Origin: Bacteroidales bacterium UBA5219
GTDB lineage: Bacteria; Bacteroidota; Bacteroidia; Bacteroidales; ML635J-15
Assembly: GCA_002412425.1 (NCBI GenBank)
Contig: DHVB01000049.1
Span: 74,401 to 138,400, forward strand
Reading direction: 5' to 3'
Length of the DNA: 64,000 bases
Shown here: in pieces, positions 49,052 to 59,571 of the stretch
How the letters are laid out: each line of letters starts with the position of its first letter
Numbering within the stretch: the stretch's first letter is position 1
The notes under the pieces: model-generated
Seen by the model: the letters and a program-made list of their open reading frames with translations, nothing else
Databases searched by the model: none
What the model was told of the DNA's origin: nothing
Position numbers and translations under genes: made by a program

Positions 49052-52000
49052 AAATAATTTTCCAAATATAAAAATATGGCATCTAATAGTTTCGTTTAGC
49101 TTAGTTTTAATAGGTTTGATTAGTCAACAATTTGTATCAAAATCAAACACTAACACTAAATACACCTTAAATAAAGAAAAAATTGAAACCATTTTAAAAG
49201 AAAAAAACATTCTGCTTAAAGGAACTTTAAAACAACTAACAGAAAATTACAAAACCGATGCTAAGCAAACACAAGAATGGTTCTATTCTCAAGGGAAAAA
49301 CATATATAATGAAAAAGAAATTGGATATTTTTTATATGACAAAAACAATTTAAAATTTTGGACAACAAATGATATTTCTGTTCCCACTTCGACTAATATA
49401 AGTTTTTTCGACAACAAACTTCTTAACCTACCTAATGGTTGGTATTTGTGCCAAACAAGTAGTGCAGACAACTTTTTTATTGTTGGACTAGCAAGAATAA
49501 AAAAAGATTATTCCTATGAAAACCATTTGATTAAAAACAGTTTTGCCAAAGATTTTGATTTAACCCATGACGCTGTAATTAGTAGAGAAGAAATTCAAGG
49601 AAGTACAAAAATTGATATTGACGACACAGGAAGTAGTTTTTATTTGTCTATTAAAACTAACAAAAACATAAATAAAGTTAAGTTTAGCTTTTACAATTTT
49701 CTTTGTATTTTCAACATGCTTAACCTAGTAATTTTTGTTTTACTTTTCACAATATTTCTTTCAAACAAAATTAAGATAATTTTATTGCTCAATCCTATTT
49801 TTTACGCAATACTTATACTTGTCTTACGATATATTTCATTAAAATATAATTATACCGCTAGTTTTAATGATTTTAGACTTTTTAGCCCCGAACTTTTTGC
49901 TGAATCGTTCTGGTTGCAATCTTTAGGAGATTATATAATAAATGTTATTCTCTTTTTAAGTTTTGCTATTTTAGTATTTTTTAATTATAAAATTGATTTA
50001 GATTCTAATTTCCCAAAACCAATTAAAGTAATTTTTTCGATTTCACTTGCTAGTATAATGTTTTTAAGTGGTTTGTTTATTTCAACTTTAATGTTTGGTT
50101 TAGTTTGGAACTCTTCTATGACTTTTTCATTTGAAAACATTTTAGCTTTAGATATTTATAGCTTGATTGGCACTTTAATAATCTTTTTGATAATCCTATC
50201 TTTTGTTTTAATTTTTATAAAATTATTTAAGGTTTTTAAAAACGTATTAAATTTTTGGTATCTTGTTATTAGTCTGTTTGTTTTGTGCTCTCTATATTTA
50301 ATATTTGCAGAAACAACAAAATTGAGCTTTTACGATAATTTAGTTTTCGCTTTTCTGTTTTTCCTTGCATGGTCGAGCTTAGCATTTGTAATGTTAAAAT
50401 CAAAAACCAACTATTTTTTTAGTGTTGGGATAATTATAATTTTTGCTTTTTTAATTTCAGAACACTTTTCACGCCTTAGCGACAAAAAAGAAATAGAAAC
50501 TTTTAAAGTATTAACCTATAACCTTGCTGCAGAAAGAGATGTTGGTGCCGAATTTTTTATTAAAGAATCTTTTTACGATTTAATGAATGATGAAAAATTA
50601 GTTGAACATCTAAAAAATAAAAATTATGACAAAATTGAAAACGCAGTAAGCTCTGAATTCTTTAACAATAGATATTTTAATAAGTATGAAATTCAAATTA
50701 CAATGTGCGAAAAAGAAGATAGTCTGTTGATTGAACCAGACTTAGTTTCGGTAGATTGTTTTGAATTTTTTAGAGAACAAATCAACGAGTATGGAATAAT
50801 TATTCCTTCAACAAATTTTTATTTCTTAGATAACCACAATGGTCGAATATCTTATCTTGGAGAAATTAGATTTCAAGAAAATGATAGCACTGCTATAAAT
50901 ATTTATGTAGAATTAAATTCAAAAATATTTAGCGAGGGCTTAGGTTATCCCGAAATATTATTAGACGAAAAACTATTGGTTAAAAAAACTGCAAGAAGCT
51001 ACAATCACGCAAAATACAACAAGTCTAGACTAATCACCAGCAAAGGAGACTATAAGTATCCGTTTGCTATTGCTTCTGACACAAACGATACTGCCGAATA
51101 TAAATTATTAAAAAAAGATTCTTATATTCATTTTCAATATCGTCCCGACTCAGACAATTTAATTATAATAAGCAAACCTTACTCTCAATATTCAAGACAA
51201 TTAGTATCGTTTTCATATATTTTCTTATTTCTTTTTGTTGTCTTCAATTTAATGTGGTTGTTTTCTAAAATGAGAACAGCAAACTTTTGGAAAGGTGTAA
51301 GTTTAAAAGTTAAAATTCAATCTTGGTTTATAATTATTCTAGTAGTTTCTTTATTGATAACAGGCTCAATAGCTATGAGATTTATTATTGAAGGATATAA
51401 AGAAAAACAAAGTGAAGCCATGTTGGATAAATTAATTTCTGTTGCTGTTGAGTTAGAACATAGTATTGGACAGAAAAAAGCTATAAATTACGAAGATGTT
51501 CATTACCTAAACAACTTATTAATTAAATTGTCTAATGTTTTTTACATAGACATAAATCTTTACGATTTGAATGGTATTTTGCTTTCTACCTCGCGAGCCG
51601 ACTTGTTTGACAAAGGTTTAAAAGCTAGATATATTGATGCTAATGCCTATTCGGAGCTATTGATGAAAAATGCTGGAACTGTTATTGTTGACGAAAAAAT
51701 TGATGAAATAGATTATATGTCGGTTTACATTCCTTTTAGAAACTACAACAACGAAATAATAGCTTATTTAAATCTTCCATATTTTGCTCGCCAGAACGAG
51801 TTTGCTGAAGAAATTTCTAATTTTGTTTTAGCATTCTCGAATATATTCTTGTTTTTAATTTTAATATCTGTAATTGTTGGAGTGTTTATTTCGCGACAAT
51901 TAACTCGTCCGCTTGCTTTGGTGCAAGAAAAAATTAGACAAATGGATATTAATAAAAAAGCAGAAAAAATTGTTTATACTAAAAATGACGAATTAGGTGG

Positions 52001-52754
52001 ATTAATACGTGAATACAATAAAAAAGTTGATGAATTAACAGAATCAGCCAACAAACTTGCTCAGTCTGAAAGAGAAATGGCATGGCGTGAAATGGCAAAA
52101 CAAATCGCTCACGAAATTAAAAACCCGCTTACACCAATGAAGCTAAGCGTACAATACTTAGAGCGTGCTTATGATTTAAAAGATGAAAATTGGGAACAAA
52201 CATATAAAAAAGTGTCTAAAACTCTTATCGAACAAATAGATATTTTATCTGCAATTGCATCAGAGTTTTCAAATTTTGCAAAAATGCCTGCTTCTAAAAA
52301 AGAAGTTATTGATATTGTTGAAGTTATTAAAAACTCAATTCAACTATTTGAAAACACTGAAGATATAGATTTTGAATTTAAAGAAAATCTAAAATCTAAA
52401 GGTTTTGTTTATGCAGATAAAGAGCAGATGCTTAGAGTTTTTACCAATTTAATTAAAAATGGTATTCAAGCAATTCCAAAAGAAAGAATGGGTTTGATAA
52501 AAATAGAAATTTCAAGCTCAGATAAAAATTACATTATTAAAGTTATTGACAACGGAACAGGAATTTCGGAACAAATGATTCCTAAAATTTTCCAACCTAA
52601 TTTCACAACAAAATCTGGAGGAATGGGATTAGGGCTAAGCATGGTAAAAAGTTTGCTAACAAGCAATAATGCAACCATTTATTTCGAAACAGAAGAAAAT
52701 ATTGGAACAATATTCATCATAGAAATTCCAATGTATAACGAAAACAACTTTTAA
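49044..52754 (+). CDS. Large multi-pass membrane sensor histidine kinase (HAMP-HisKA-HATPase)
   Basis: About 900-aa N-terminal region with many TM helices and two extracytoplasmic blocks. HAMP (RQLTRPLALVQEKIRQM), H-box (AHEIKNPLTPM), N-box (NLIKNGIQA), G1 (DNGTGI) and G2 (GGMGLGLSMV). No adjacent response regulator. The start overlaps the rlmH stop. Confidence 0.85.
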   Translation: MIKNNFPNIKIWHLIVSFSLVLIGLISQQFVSKSNTNTKYTLNKEKIETILKEKNILLKGTLKQLTENYKTDAKQTQEWFYSQGKNIYNEKEIGYFLYDKNNLKFWTTNDISVPTSTNISFFDNKLLNLPNGWYLCQTSSADNFFIVGLARIKKDYSYENHLIKNSFAKDFDLTHDAVISREEIQGSTKIDIDDTGSSFYLSIKTNKNINKVKFSFYNFLCIFNMLNLVIFVLLFTIFLSNKIKIILLLNPIFYAILILVLRYISLKYNYTASFNDFRLFSPELFAESFWLQSLGDYIINVILFLSFAILVFFNYKIDLDSNFPKPIKVIFSISLASIMFLSGLFISTLMFGLVWNSSMTFSFENILALDIYSLIGTLIIFLIILSFVLIFIKLFKVFKNVLNFWYLVISLFVLCSLYLIFAETTKLSFYDNLVFAFLFFLAWSSLAFVMLKSKTNYFFSVGIIIIFAFLISEHFSRLSDKKEIETFKVLTYNLAAERDVGAEFFIKESFYDLMNDEKLVEHLKNKNYDKIENAVSSEFFNNRYFNKYEIQITMCEKEDSLLIEPDLVSVDCFEFFREQINEYGIIIPSTNFYFLDNHNGRISYLGEIRFQENDSTAINIYVELNSKIFSEGLGYPEILLDEKLLVKKTARSYNHAKYNKSRLITSKGDYKYPFAIASDTNDTAEYKLLKKDSYIHFQYRPDSDNLIIISKPYSQYSRQLVSFSYIFLFLFVVFNLMWLFSKMRTANFWKGVSLKVKIQSWFIIILVVSLLITGSIAMRFIIEGYKEKQSEAMLDKLISVAVELEHSIGQKKAINYEDVHYLNNLLIKLSNVFYIDINLYDLNGILLSTSRADLFDKGLKARYIDANAYSELLMKNAGTVIVDEKIDEIDYMSVYIPFRNYNNEIIAYLNLPYFARQNEFAEEISNFVLAFSNIFLFLILISVIVGVFISRQLTRPLALVQEKIRQMDINKKAEKIVYTKNDELGGLIREYNKKVDELTESANKLAQSEREMAWREMAKQIAHEIKNPLTPMKLSVQYLERAYDLKDENWEQTYKKVSKTLIEQIDILSAIASEFSNFAKMPASKKEVIDIVEVIKNSIQLFENTEDIDFEFKENLKSKGFVYADKEQMLRVFTNLIKNGIQAIPKERMGLIKIEISSSDKNYIIKVIDNGTGISEQMIPKIFQPNFTTKSGGMGLGLSMVKSLLTSNNATIYFETEENIGTIFIIEIPMYNENNF

Positions 52755-52801
52755 AATGCGTATATTTTTTAAAATAAATTGTATTTTCTCGCTTTAAAGT
52801 C

Positions 52802-52809
52802 TAATTTTG
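52802..52809 (+). promoter_or_regulatory. Candidate -7 box (TAATTTTG) for yicC-gmk
   Basis: Exact TAnnTTTG, 23 nt before the ATG at 52833. Supports the shorter yicC start. Confidence 0.35.
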
Positions 52810-52832
52810 TAAGCAATAAAATAATAATAGTT

Positions 52833-53708
52833 ATGCTAATTTCGATGACAGGCTTTGGTAGAGCTTCTACCGAATATGATGGTAAAAAAATTATCATAGA
52901 CATTAAAACTCTTAACTCTAAAAACATTGATATAACTACACGTATTCCAAATGCTTATAGAGAAAAAGAAATTGAAGTAAGAAAATTATTGTCTAACGAA
53001 CTTCAAAGAGGTAAAATAGAATTTTCTATATTTGTTGAAGCAAACGGAGGAGAGACTAATGCAAAGCTTAACGACAAAATAATTTTAGATTATTACAATC
53101 AATTAAAAAATTTGTGCCAGTCTAACAATATTCCTTTTTCAAATGATGTGTTATCGTCTATTATTAGAATGCCTGATGTAGTTGCAACAACTATAGAAGA
53201 ATTAAACGAAGAAGAATGGGAGCATATTTTAAAATTTATAAACCAAGCTATTGAAGATTGTAAAAATTTTAGAAAACATGAAGGCTCTATTTTGACACAA
53301 GATATAATTACTAATTTGAACTCTATTACTAATCTTTTAAATCAAGTTCCGCAATACGAAGAAGAAAGAATAGATATTATAAAAGACAGGCTAAGCATAA
53401 GTTTGAACGAAATTGTTGACACTGCAAATATTGATGCTAACAGATATGAGCAAGAGATAATTTTTTATTTAGAAAAACTCGATATTAACGAAGAAAAAGT
53501 AAGATTAAAAAAGCACTGCGATTATTTTTTAGAAACTTTAAATACTGAAATATATTCTGGTAAAAAATTAGGGTTTATAGCTCAAGAAATGGGAAGGGAA
53601 ATAAATACTTTAGGTTCAAAAGCCAACCATGTTGAGATTCAAAAGTTAGTAATTATGATGAAAGATGAGTTAGAAAAAATTAAAGAACAAGTTTTAAATA
53701 TTTTATAA
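52833..53708 (+). CDS. yicC: YicC family stress-induced protein
   Basis: MLISMTGFGRA start (ATG 52833). C-terminal FIAQEMGREINTLGSKAN motif. Confidence 0.85.
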   Translation: MLISMTGFGRASTEYDGKKIIIDIKTLNSKNIDITTRIPNAYREKEIEVRKLLSNELQRGKIEFSIFVEANGGETNAKLNDKIILDYYNQLKNLCQSNNIPFSNDVLSSIIRMPDVVATTIEELNEEEWEHILKFINQAIEDCKNFRKHEGSILTQDIITNLNSITNLLNQVPQYEEERIDIIKDRLSISLNEIVDTANIDANRYEQEIIFYLEKLDINEEKVRLKKHCDYFLETLNTEIYSGKKLGFIAQEMGREINTLGSKANHVEIQKLVIMMKDELEKIKEQVLNIL

Positions 53709-53710
53709 AT

Positions 53711-54289
53711 ATGAAACCAAAAGTTTTAATATTTTCGGCACCTAGTGGTTCAGGAAAGACAACAATAGTAAATCATTTGCTTTCTAATCCAAAATTTAAT
53801 CTTAGTTTTTCTATTTCTGCCTGCACTCGCAAACCCAGAGGCGTTGAAGAACATGGCAAACATTATTATTTTTTATCAGCAGAAGAATTTAAGCAAAAAA
53901 TAGCAAATGATGAGTTTTTAGAATGGGAAGAAGTTTATGCAAATACTTTTTACGGCAGTTTAAAATCAGAAGTTGACAGGCTTACAAAACTAGGAAAAGT
54001 TGTTGTCTTTGATGTTGATGTAAAAGGTGGAATAAATATTAAAAATTTTTATGGAGAAAATGCCTTGTCGGTTTTTATTATGCCACCAAGCATTGAGGAA
54101 TTAGAACAAAGACTGATAAAACGTTCTACCGACCAACCCGAAGTTATTAAAACAAGAATTGAAAAAGCAAAATACGAAATGAGCTTTGCAAAAGAATTTG
54201 ATATAATCCTAACTAACAACGAATTACAAACAGCTCTTATAGAAGCAGAAAAAATTGTTGAGAAATTTTTGCAGGGTAAAAGTTTGTAA
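53711..54289 (+). CDS. gmk: Guanylate kinase
   Basis: SAPSGSGKTT P-loop, SACTRKPRGVEEHGKHYYF and EWEEVYANTFYGS. Confidence 0.95.
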   Translation: MKPKVLIFSAPSGSGKTTIVNHLLSNPKFNLSFSISACTRKPRGVEEHGKHYYFLSAEEFKQKIANDEFLEWEEVYANTFYGSLKSEVDRLTKLGKVVVFDVDVKGGINIKNFYGENALSVFIMPPSIEELEQRLIKRSTDQPEVIKTRIEKAKYEMSFAKEFDIILTNNELQTALIEAEKIVEKFLQGKSL

Positions 54290-54418
54290 AGTTGAATTAG
54301 TTACCATTCGCTCGATTTTCCCCACACAATCCTATTTCAGATTTTCCTGCACAACCCGCTCGCTCGGTTCAACTTTACGAACTTTATGAACTTTAAAAAC
54401 TTTACAAACTTTTAACTG
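54290..54418 (+). repeat. Mosaic word-doublet element filling the gmk/T9SS-cargo convergent gap
   Basis: CGCTCGCTCGG module (shared with 32370-32601 and 8078-8090), followed by AACTTTACGAACTTTATGAACTTTAAAAACTTTACAAACTTTTAACTG (shared with 10510-10556 and 11567-11603). Confidence 0.8.
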
Positions 54419-54421
54419 TTT

Positions 54422-56422
54422 CTATTCATACACCAACTTCTCAACTTTTACCAATTCTCCATCTACAAATAGATTGCAGATATAAACTCCTGGTTTCCAG
54501 CCTTTTGTTGGTATTGTGGTGGTTTCGTTAGTAATTGGAATTATAGATTGTAGATGACCATTTAGCCCGGCTATTTTAATTTCGGCATTTTGGTAATTTG
54601 GCAGTGTTAGTTTTACATAAAAATCGTTGTTACTGGGGTTGGGGAAGATTTGGAGTTTGTAGTCAATATTAAACAAATCTGCTTTAGTTGTGTTTTCGGT
54701 TGTAAATGACCATGTGTCTGACCATTCAGATTCGTCTATTGCACTTGTGACTTTTACTTTCCAATAATAAGTTGTGTTTGGAAGTAAATTGTTTAAATAC
54801 ATAATATTTCCATAAAAAATTTGCAAGTATTCTTCGTATTCGTTGAAATCAGGTGTAGTGCTAATCCATATGGTGTAGCTGTTGATATGTTGAATGTTTT
54901 GCCAGTACAACTTTGTATTATTTATTGCAACTTGTGTTGCTTGGTTGCTTGGCTCTATAAGTTGTGGTTTTACTAAAGTTTCAAATGAAAATACAGAACT
55001 CCAAATTGAGGTATCATTTTCATTTATGTATCTTGTTCTCCAATAATATTTTGTATTGAATTTCAACAAGTCGGTTTGAACCATGTTTGCATAATTACTG
55101 TGTTCTAAAGTTTCTGTTTGTTCTGGCAAAAACTCAGGGTTTTGTGATAGTTGATATTGGTATTTTGTAATGCCAGATAGAAATTCCGCTTTTAAGTTTA
55201 TTTTTAAGTTTTGATTTGCAGATAAATCTTCTGGGCTAATCAGTGCTGGGGCGGTAACTGTAGTGAAACTTCTTACAGGTGTATAATTAGAAGTATCCAA
55301 AGAGTGATATGCTCTTACTCGCCAGTAATAAGTTGTGCCAAATAATAAGTTTTGTAAATTTACTGCTGAATTTGGTGTTTCATACTGCATATACAAATTA
55401 GAAGAAAAATCTGGGACAGTATCAAGTTCAAAAATATAGCCAATTATATTACCAATTGACAAAACACTAATACTTGCATTAGTACTAATATTTGTTGCTT
55501 GGTTTAGAGGTAAAATTTGGTGAACACCGCACATACTAAACGTAAACACAGATGACCAATCTGATGTGTCAATAGAGTTTATAGCTCTTGCACGCCAGTA
55601 ATGTTGTTTTTCAAAGTAAAAGTCTCCAACTGAAACTATATCAGAATTATCAGTTTCTGCAATTTCAAATTCTCTTGGATTTGTAAAAGCTAAAGTTGTA
55701 TCTAGTTCAAAAACATAACGCAAAGGTTGATCATATCTTTCTATTTTTAAGTTGCTAATTGAATTTGTAAAATTAAAATTATTTGGAGAAACTAGTGTTG
55801 GCGAACAAGGGATATTTATGTAATTCCATTGATGATAAGACCAACTGGGAGCAGTGTCAAGCTCTGTAATACATTTTGCTCTGACATAATTATTTGAACA
55901 AAAATAAAAAGGAGCATTAATTACTATATAATTTTCCTCATAAGTGGTATCTCTAAGCAATAATGGAGAATCAAAAGTCGCAATAGTATCAATTTCCCAC
56001 CATCGTTCTATACTACACATTATTGTATTTTCAGTTGCTATTAAGTTGCCAATAGGATTAATTGTTACAACAACATATCCTCGTGGTACTGTAATTCGCG
56101 ATATCGTATTGCTCCAGTCAGATGTGTCAGTATTATTAATAGCTCGTGCTTTTAAAAAGTATTCTGTTTCAAACTTCAATAATGGTAAAATATAAGGTAG
56201 AGTTTCAGAATAATCAACATATACATCTACTAAAAAAGAAGCATCTGTTGAAATTTGTATTTCATATTTATTTGCCCCATTAACTGCACCAAAAGAAAGA
56301 GATGGATTACATGGATTTGATGAAAACGTATTAATTAAATTCGGTGCATCTAGTTGAGCATTTGCAATATTATTAAATAATATAATAATAAATAAAATAT
56401 ATAAATTTTTCTTTAACATCAT
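54422..56422 (-). CDS. T9SS cargo: six tandem Fn3-like modules plus C-terminal sorting domain
   Basis: Signal peptide. Repeated 90-100-aa modules ending ...YYWRVRA..DTS.WS...SFTT (6 copies, 2 degenerate). CTD IFPNPSNNDFYVKL...GVYICNL. Confidence 0.65.
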   Translation of the reverse strand: MMLKKNLYILFIIILFNNIANAQLDAPNLINTFSSNPCNPSLSFGAVNGANKYEIQISTDASFLVDVYVDYSETLPYILPLLKFETEYFLKARAINNTDTSDWSNTISRITVPRGYVVVTINPIGNLIATENTIMCSIERWWEIDTIATFDSPLLLRDTTYEENYIVINAPFYFCSNNYVRAKCITELDTAPSWSYHQWNYINIPCSPTLVSPNNFNFTNSISNLKIERYDQPLRYVFELDTTLAFTNPREFEIAETDNSDIVSVGDFYFEKQHYWRARAINSIDTSDWSSVFTFSMCGVHQILPLNQATNISTNASISVLSIGNIIGYIFELDTVPDFSSNLYMQYETPNSAVNLQNLLFGTTYYWRVRAYHSLDTSNYTPVRSFTTVTAPALISPEDLSANQNLKINLKAEFLSGITKYQYQLSQNPEFLPEQTETLEHSNYANMVQTDLLKFNTKYYWRTRYINENDTSIWSSVFSFETLVKPQLIEPSNQATQVAINNTKLYWQNIQHINSYTIWISTTPDFNEYEEYLQIFYGNIMYLNNLLPNTTYYWKVKVTSAIDESEWSDTWSFTTENTTKADLFNIDYKLQIFPNPSNNDFYVKLTLPNYQNAEIKIAGLNGHLQSIIPITNETTTIPTKGWKPGVYICNLFVDGELVKVEKLVYE

Positions 56423-58044
56423 TTTTTTATCAGTATTTTTTTTGATTGAACTATTTCATTATTGAAAATCAAATTTACAATTGCAAAATCATAATTCCAG
56501 TTTGAACTTGAAATATTTATTTTATTTTCGCCTTTATTTAAATCTATAGAGTTTATTGCTTGCCCTGTTGGTAATATGATTTGTATAGAAGCACTGTCAT
56601 AGTTTTCGGGGACAAAACATTCAATATTTATTTTTTCACTTGCTGGATTAGGAAAAATATTTAAGGTATTTTGTTTTAATTCTTCCGATACATTTGTGAT
56701 TAGTAGGATTTTAATTTCTTTTTCTATAGTTTTTATACATTGTCCATCTGTAACAGTAAGTTGCACATTATATGTTCCGGGATAATTAAAAGTATGAGTA
56801 GGACATCTTTCATTGCTAGTTGAAACACCATCACCAAAATCCCATTGCCAAGAATCTGCATAAGCATTATTGTTGTAGAAGTTTACTATTGCTTGTCCAT
56901 TAACTAAATAAAACTCATTTTCAGACACTCCTGTTTGTTGCCAAGCATGTAAAACAGGTCGCAAGTACTTACAATCGTTTGCTGGTGGCATATACCATTT
57001 TGCCATACCTTTGCTATGTATTGAGTCTCCATTTAAAACATTTACATATGTATAATTTCCAACTACTATTAGTGTGTCCTGAAAAACTTTTAATCCATAC
57101 ACAGTTCCTGATGTCCCTCCACCAACCGAGTGTATTTTTTCGCCATCCCATCGTCCAATAAAATTAATCCATGTTGTATCTATTACTGTAACATTCATAA
57201 ATCCGCCAAAATATAAATCACCTCTATACATTTCCATAACTCCATGCCAAACATCTCCCATAACACCCATTTCTAATGGATACCATTTGAAACCATCATA
57301 TTTTGCAATGCAGTGAGATTCAATAGTATCTCCTACATAAAAAAATGAACCTCCTGTGTATAAAAAATTATTTACACTATCCACAAGCATTGCATTTACC
57401 CAGCCTTGTGGTGTGCCAGGGTATTGTAGCCAAGTATCATACCCAACCCTTTTCCATAATCCATAATTTGTTCCAACAAGCAATTCGTCATTGTACTCAA
57501 TAATGCTGGCAGCATAATTTGCTTCTATATTTTCCAAATATTCCCAAGTATTCCCATCAGTTACTAATACTTTGGCTCCAAATTCACAGCTTCCTAGTGC
57601 AAATAAACTATCATTTATTACTTTTAAGCTAAAAATAAATCCACCTATTGGCGGATTAGGTGGTAGCCATTGGTTTCCATCCCAAACTGAGAAATTGGCA
57701 GTACTTGTGTTGCCATTTGGATTCCAACCAGCATTTCTACTGCCTGCATATAGTTTGTTTTTATATGTTGTTAAACAAGAAGGATATCCTGAATTAGAGT
57801 AAGTTTGTTGGAAGCCTGACCATTGATAATTGTTAAATTTTGCTACACCTTTAATTGGTTTGTTGCCAATATTTTGAAATGCGCCTCCTATTATAAAAGA
57901 ATCTTCATCAATGTGAATGCTCTCAATTACTAAACTACCATTCCAAATTGTATCACCAAAATAAGTGTGCCATGATTGAGAATATGATATTTTTATGAAA
58001 GATAAAAAGAATATTATAAGTGTTAAATGTTTTGATTTTACCAT
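56419..58044 (-). CDS. T9SS cargo: propeller-like N-terminal region + PKD domain + C-terminal sorting domain
   Basis: Signal peptide. PKD segment (WQWDFGDGVSTSNERCPTHTFNYPGTYNVQLTVTDG). CTD IFPNPASEKINIEC. 4-nt overlap (ATGA) with the downstream gene. Confidence 0.6.
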   Translation of the reverse strand: MVKSKHLTLIIFFLSFIKISYSQSWHTYFGDTIWNGSLVIESIHIDEDSFIIGGAFQNIGNKPIKGVAKFNNYQWSGFQQTYSNSGYPSCLTTYKNKLYAGSRNAGWNPNGNTSTANFSVWDGNQWLPPNPPIGGFIFSLKVINDSLFALGSCEFGAKVLVTDGNTWEYLENIEANYAASIIEYNDELLVGTNYGLWKRVGYDTWLQYPGTPQGWVNAMLVDSVNNFLYTGGSFFYVGDTIESHCIAKYDGFKWYPLEMGVMGDVWHGVMEMYRGDLYFGGFMNVTVIDTTWINFIGRWDGEKIHSVGGGTSGTVYGLKVFQDTLIVVGNYTYVNVLNGDSIHSKGMAKWYMPPANDCKYLRPVLHAWQQTGVSENEFYLVNGQAIVNFYNNNAYADSWQWDFGDGVSTSNERCPTHTFNYPGTYNVQLTVTDGQCIKTIEKEIKILLITNVSEELKQNTLNIFPNPASEKINIECFVPENYDSASIQIILPTGQAINSIDLNKGENKINISSSNWNYDFAIVNLIFNNEIVQSKKILIKK

Positions 58045-58094
58045 AAAATTTTTAATTTAATTGTCTTGTTTCAAAATTAATTAATTTATTGAAC

Positions 58095-59555
58095 TTATTT
58101 ATAAATAATAAACTTTTTGCTTATTGTTCCATGTTCTTTTGTTATTAAAGTGTAAGTATAAATACCTGGGTGTAAATTTTTTGTGTCAATATTTAATTGA
58201 TTGTCGCCTTGGTATAGATTATATATAGCTATAACTTTACCCATAGCATCATAAATTTCCATAATTCCATCAGTATCTTCAGGTAAATAATATGGGATTA
58301 TGGTGTAATCGCTTGCAGGATTAGGATAAATATCAATTTTACTATTTTCGCAAACTGTGTTTACAAAACTTTCACCACACTCACAATCCTCTACTACACA
58401 ACCACAACTATCAGTTTTTACAAGCCACATAACTTGTGGGTCGAAAGCAACTCCTGCCATTATAAAACCATTGTCGGGGGTTTGTTTGATGGAAAACAAA
58501 GACCTTTGACCTATTGATTCTCCTGGTTCGTAATAATGTTTTGATATGCTATCTCCACTTGGCGAGAGGCGAAAGAGACCAACAATGTTATCATCTTTAA
58601 CTGTTGTAAATATTTCACCATTGTTTGCAACGGCAATTGTACCTATGCTGGTGTATTCTGCTCTAATACCATACAATTTATTCCAAACCTCTTCAAACTC
58701 TGAATTTAACTTAATAATACCGTATTTACGATTATAAAAACTGGCAGATATTGGATCGGTTACATAAGCACTCAATGCAAATACATACTCATTATTTTCA
58801 GTTCTTATTATTGTATTGATACTGCCATCAGGATACAAAGGATTCCCGTAATGTTTTGTCCATTGCTTATTTCCTTCACTGTCAGTTTTAATTAAATAAC
58901 CATCACCATTTCCTATACCATTGGTTAAGCCACCAATTAAATATCCACCGTCATCAGTGGCAATAATGCAAAGACCTATATCCCTATCACTTGTTCCGTA
59001 TTTTTTATACCACTCCATATTACCATTACTATCTGTTTTTACTAATAACACATCTCCATCTGGGTCGCTTTCATCAGTGCTGCCAACTAATGCATAACCC
59101 CCATCAGCTGTTTGGATATGATTATAAAAAGCTGTAAAATCAGGATTGTCAAAATAGAGTTTTGTCCATAATGTATCAAAGTTTTGATCAAATTTGGTTA
59201 ACATACAAGCTCTGTGTTCATTAAAAGTGTTCGTACGATGACCAGACAAAGAATAACCTCCATCATTATTGATTATAAAAGAATTATTACCTCCATGATA
59301 GTAGTCAAATAAATCGTCTCCATATGATTTTTCCCATAATTTATTACCCAAATTATCAAATCCGACAATTAGTATCTCAACTTTCCACACACTATTGTAG
59401 TCGCCACCTACAACAATATAACCATCTTCAGTAATTAAAACATTTCTCATTACAGGGGTGTTCCTTGTAAATGTTTTGTTAAAAATAACTGTTTGAGCAT
59501 TGACTGTAGTACTAATAGTTATTATTAACATTAATATATAATGTAGAATTTTCAT
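58095..59555 (-). CDS. T9SS cargo: repeat (DGGY-type, propeller-like) protein with C-terminal sorting domain
   Basis: Signal peptide. Recurrent motif every 45-55 aa (TEDGYIVVGG, NNDGGYSLSGH, TADGGYALVGST, TDDGGYLIGGLT, TPDNGFIMAGVA). CTD IYPNPASDYTIIPY...GIYTYTL. Confidence 0.55.
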   Translation of the reverse strand: MKILHYILMLIITISTTVNAQTVIFNKTFTRNTPVMRNVLITEDGYIVVGGDYNSVWKVEILIVGFDNLGNKLWEKSYGDDLFDYYHGGNNSFIINNDGGYSLSGHRTNTFNEHRACMLTKFDQNFDTLWTKLYFDNPDFTAFYNHIQTADGGYALVGSTDESDPDGDVLLVKTDSNGNMEWYKKYGTSDRDIGLCIIATDDGGYLIGGLTNGIGNGDGYLIKTDSEGNKQWTKHYGNPLYPDGSINTIIRTENNEYVFALSAYVTDPISASFYNRKYGIIKLNSEFEEVWNKLYGIRAEYTSIGTIAVANNGEIFTTVKDDNIVGLFRLSPSGDSISKHYYEPGESIGQRSLFSIKQTPDNGFIMAGVAFDPQVMWLVKTDSCGCVVEDCECGESFVNTVCENSKIDIYPNPASDYTIIPYYLPEDTDGIMEIYDAMGKVIAIYNLYQGDNQLNIDTKNLHPGIYTYTLITKEHGTISKKFIIYK

Positions 59556-59571
59556 TTTAAACAGTTACTTA

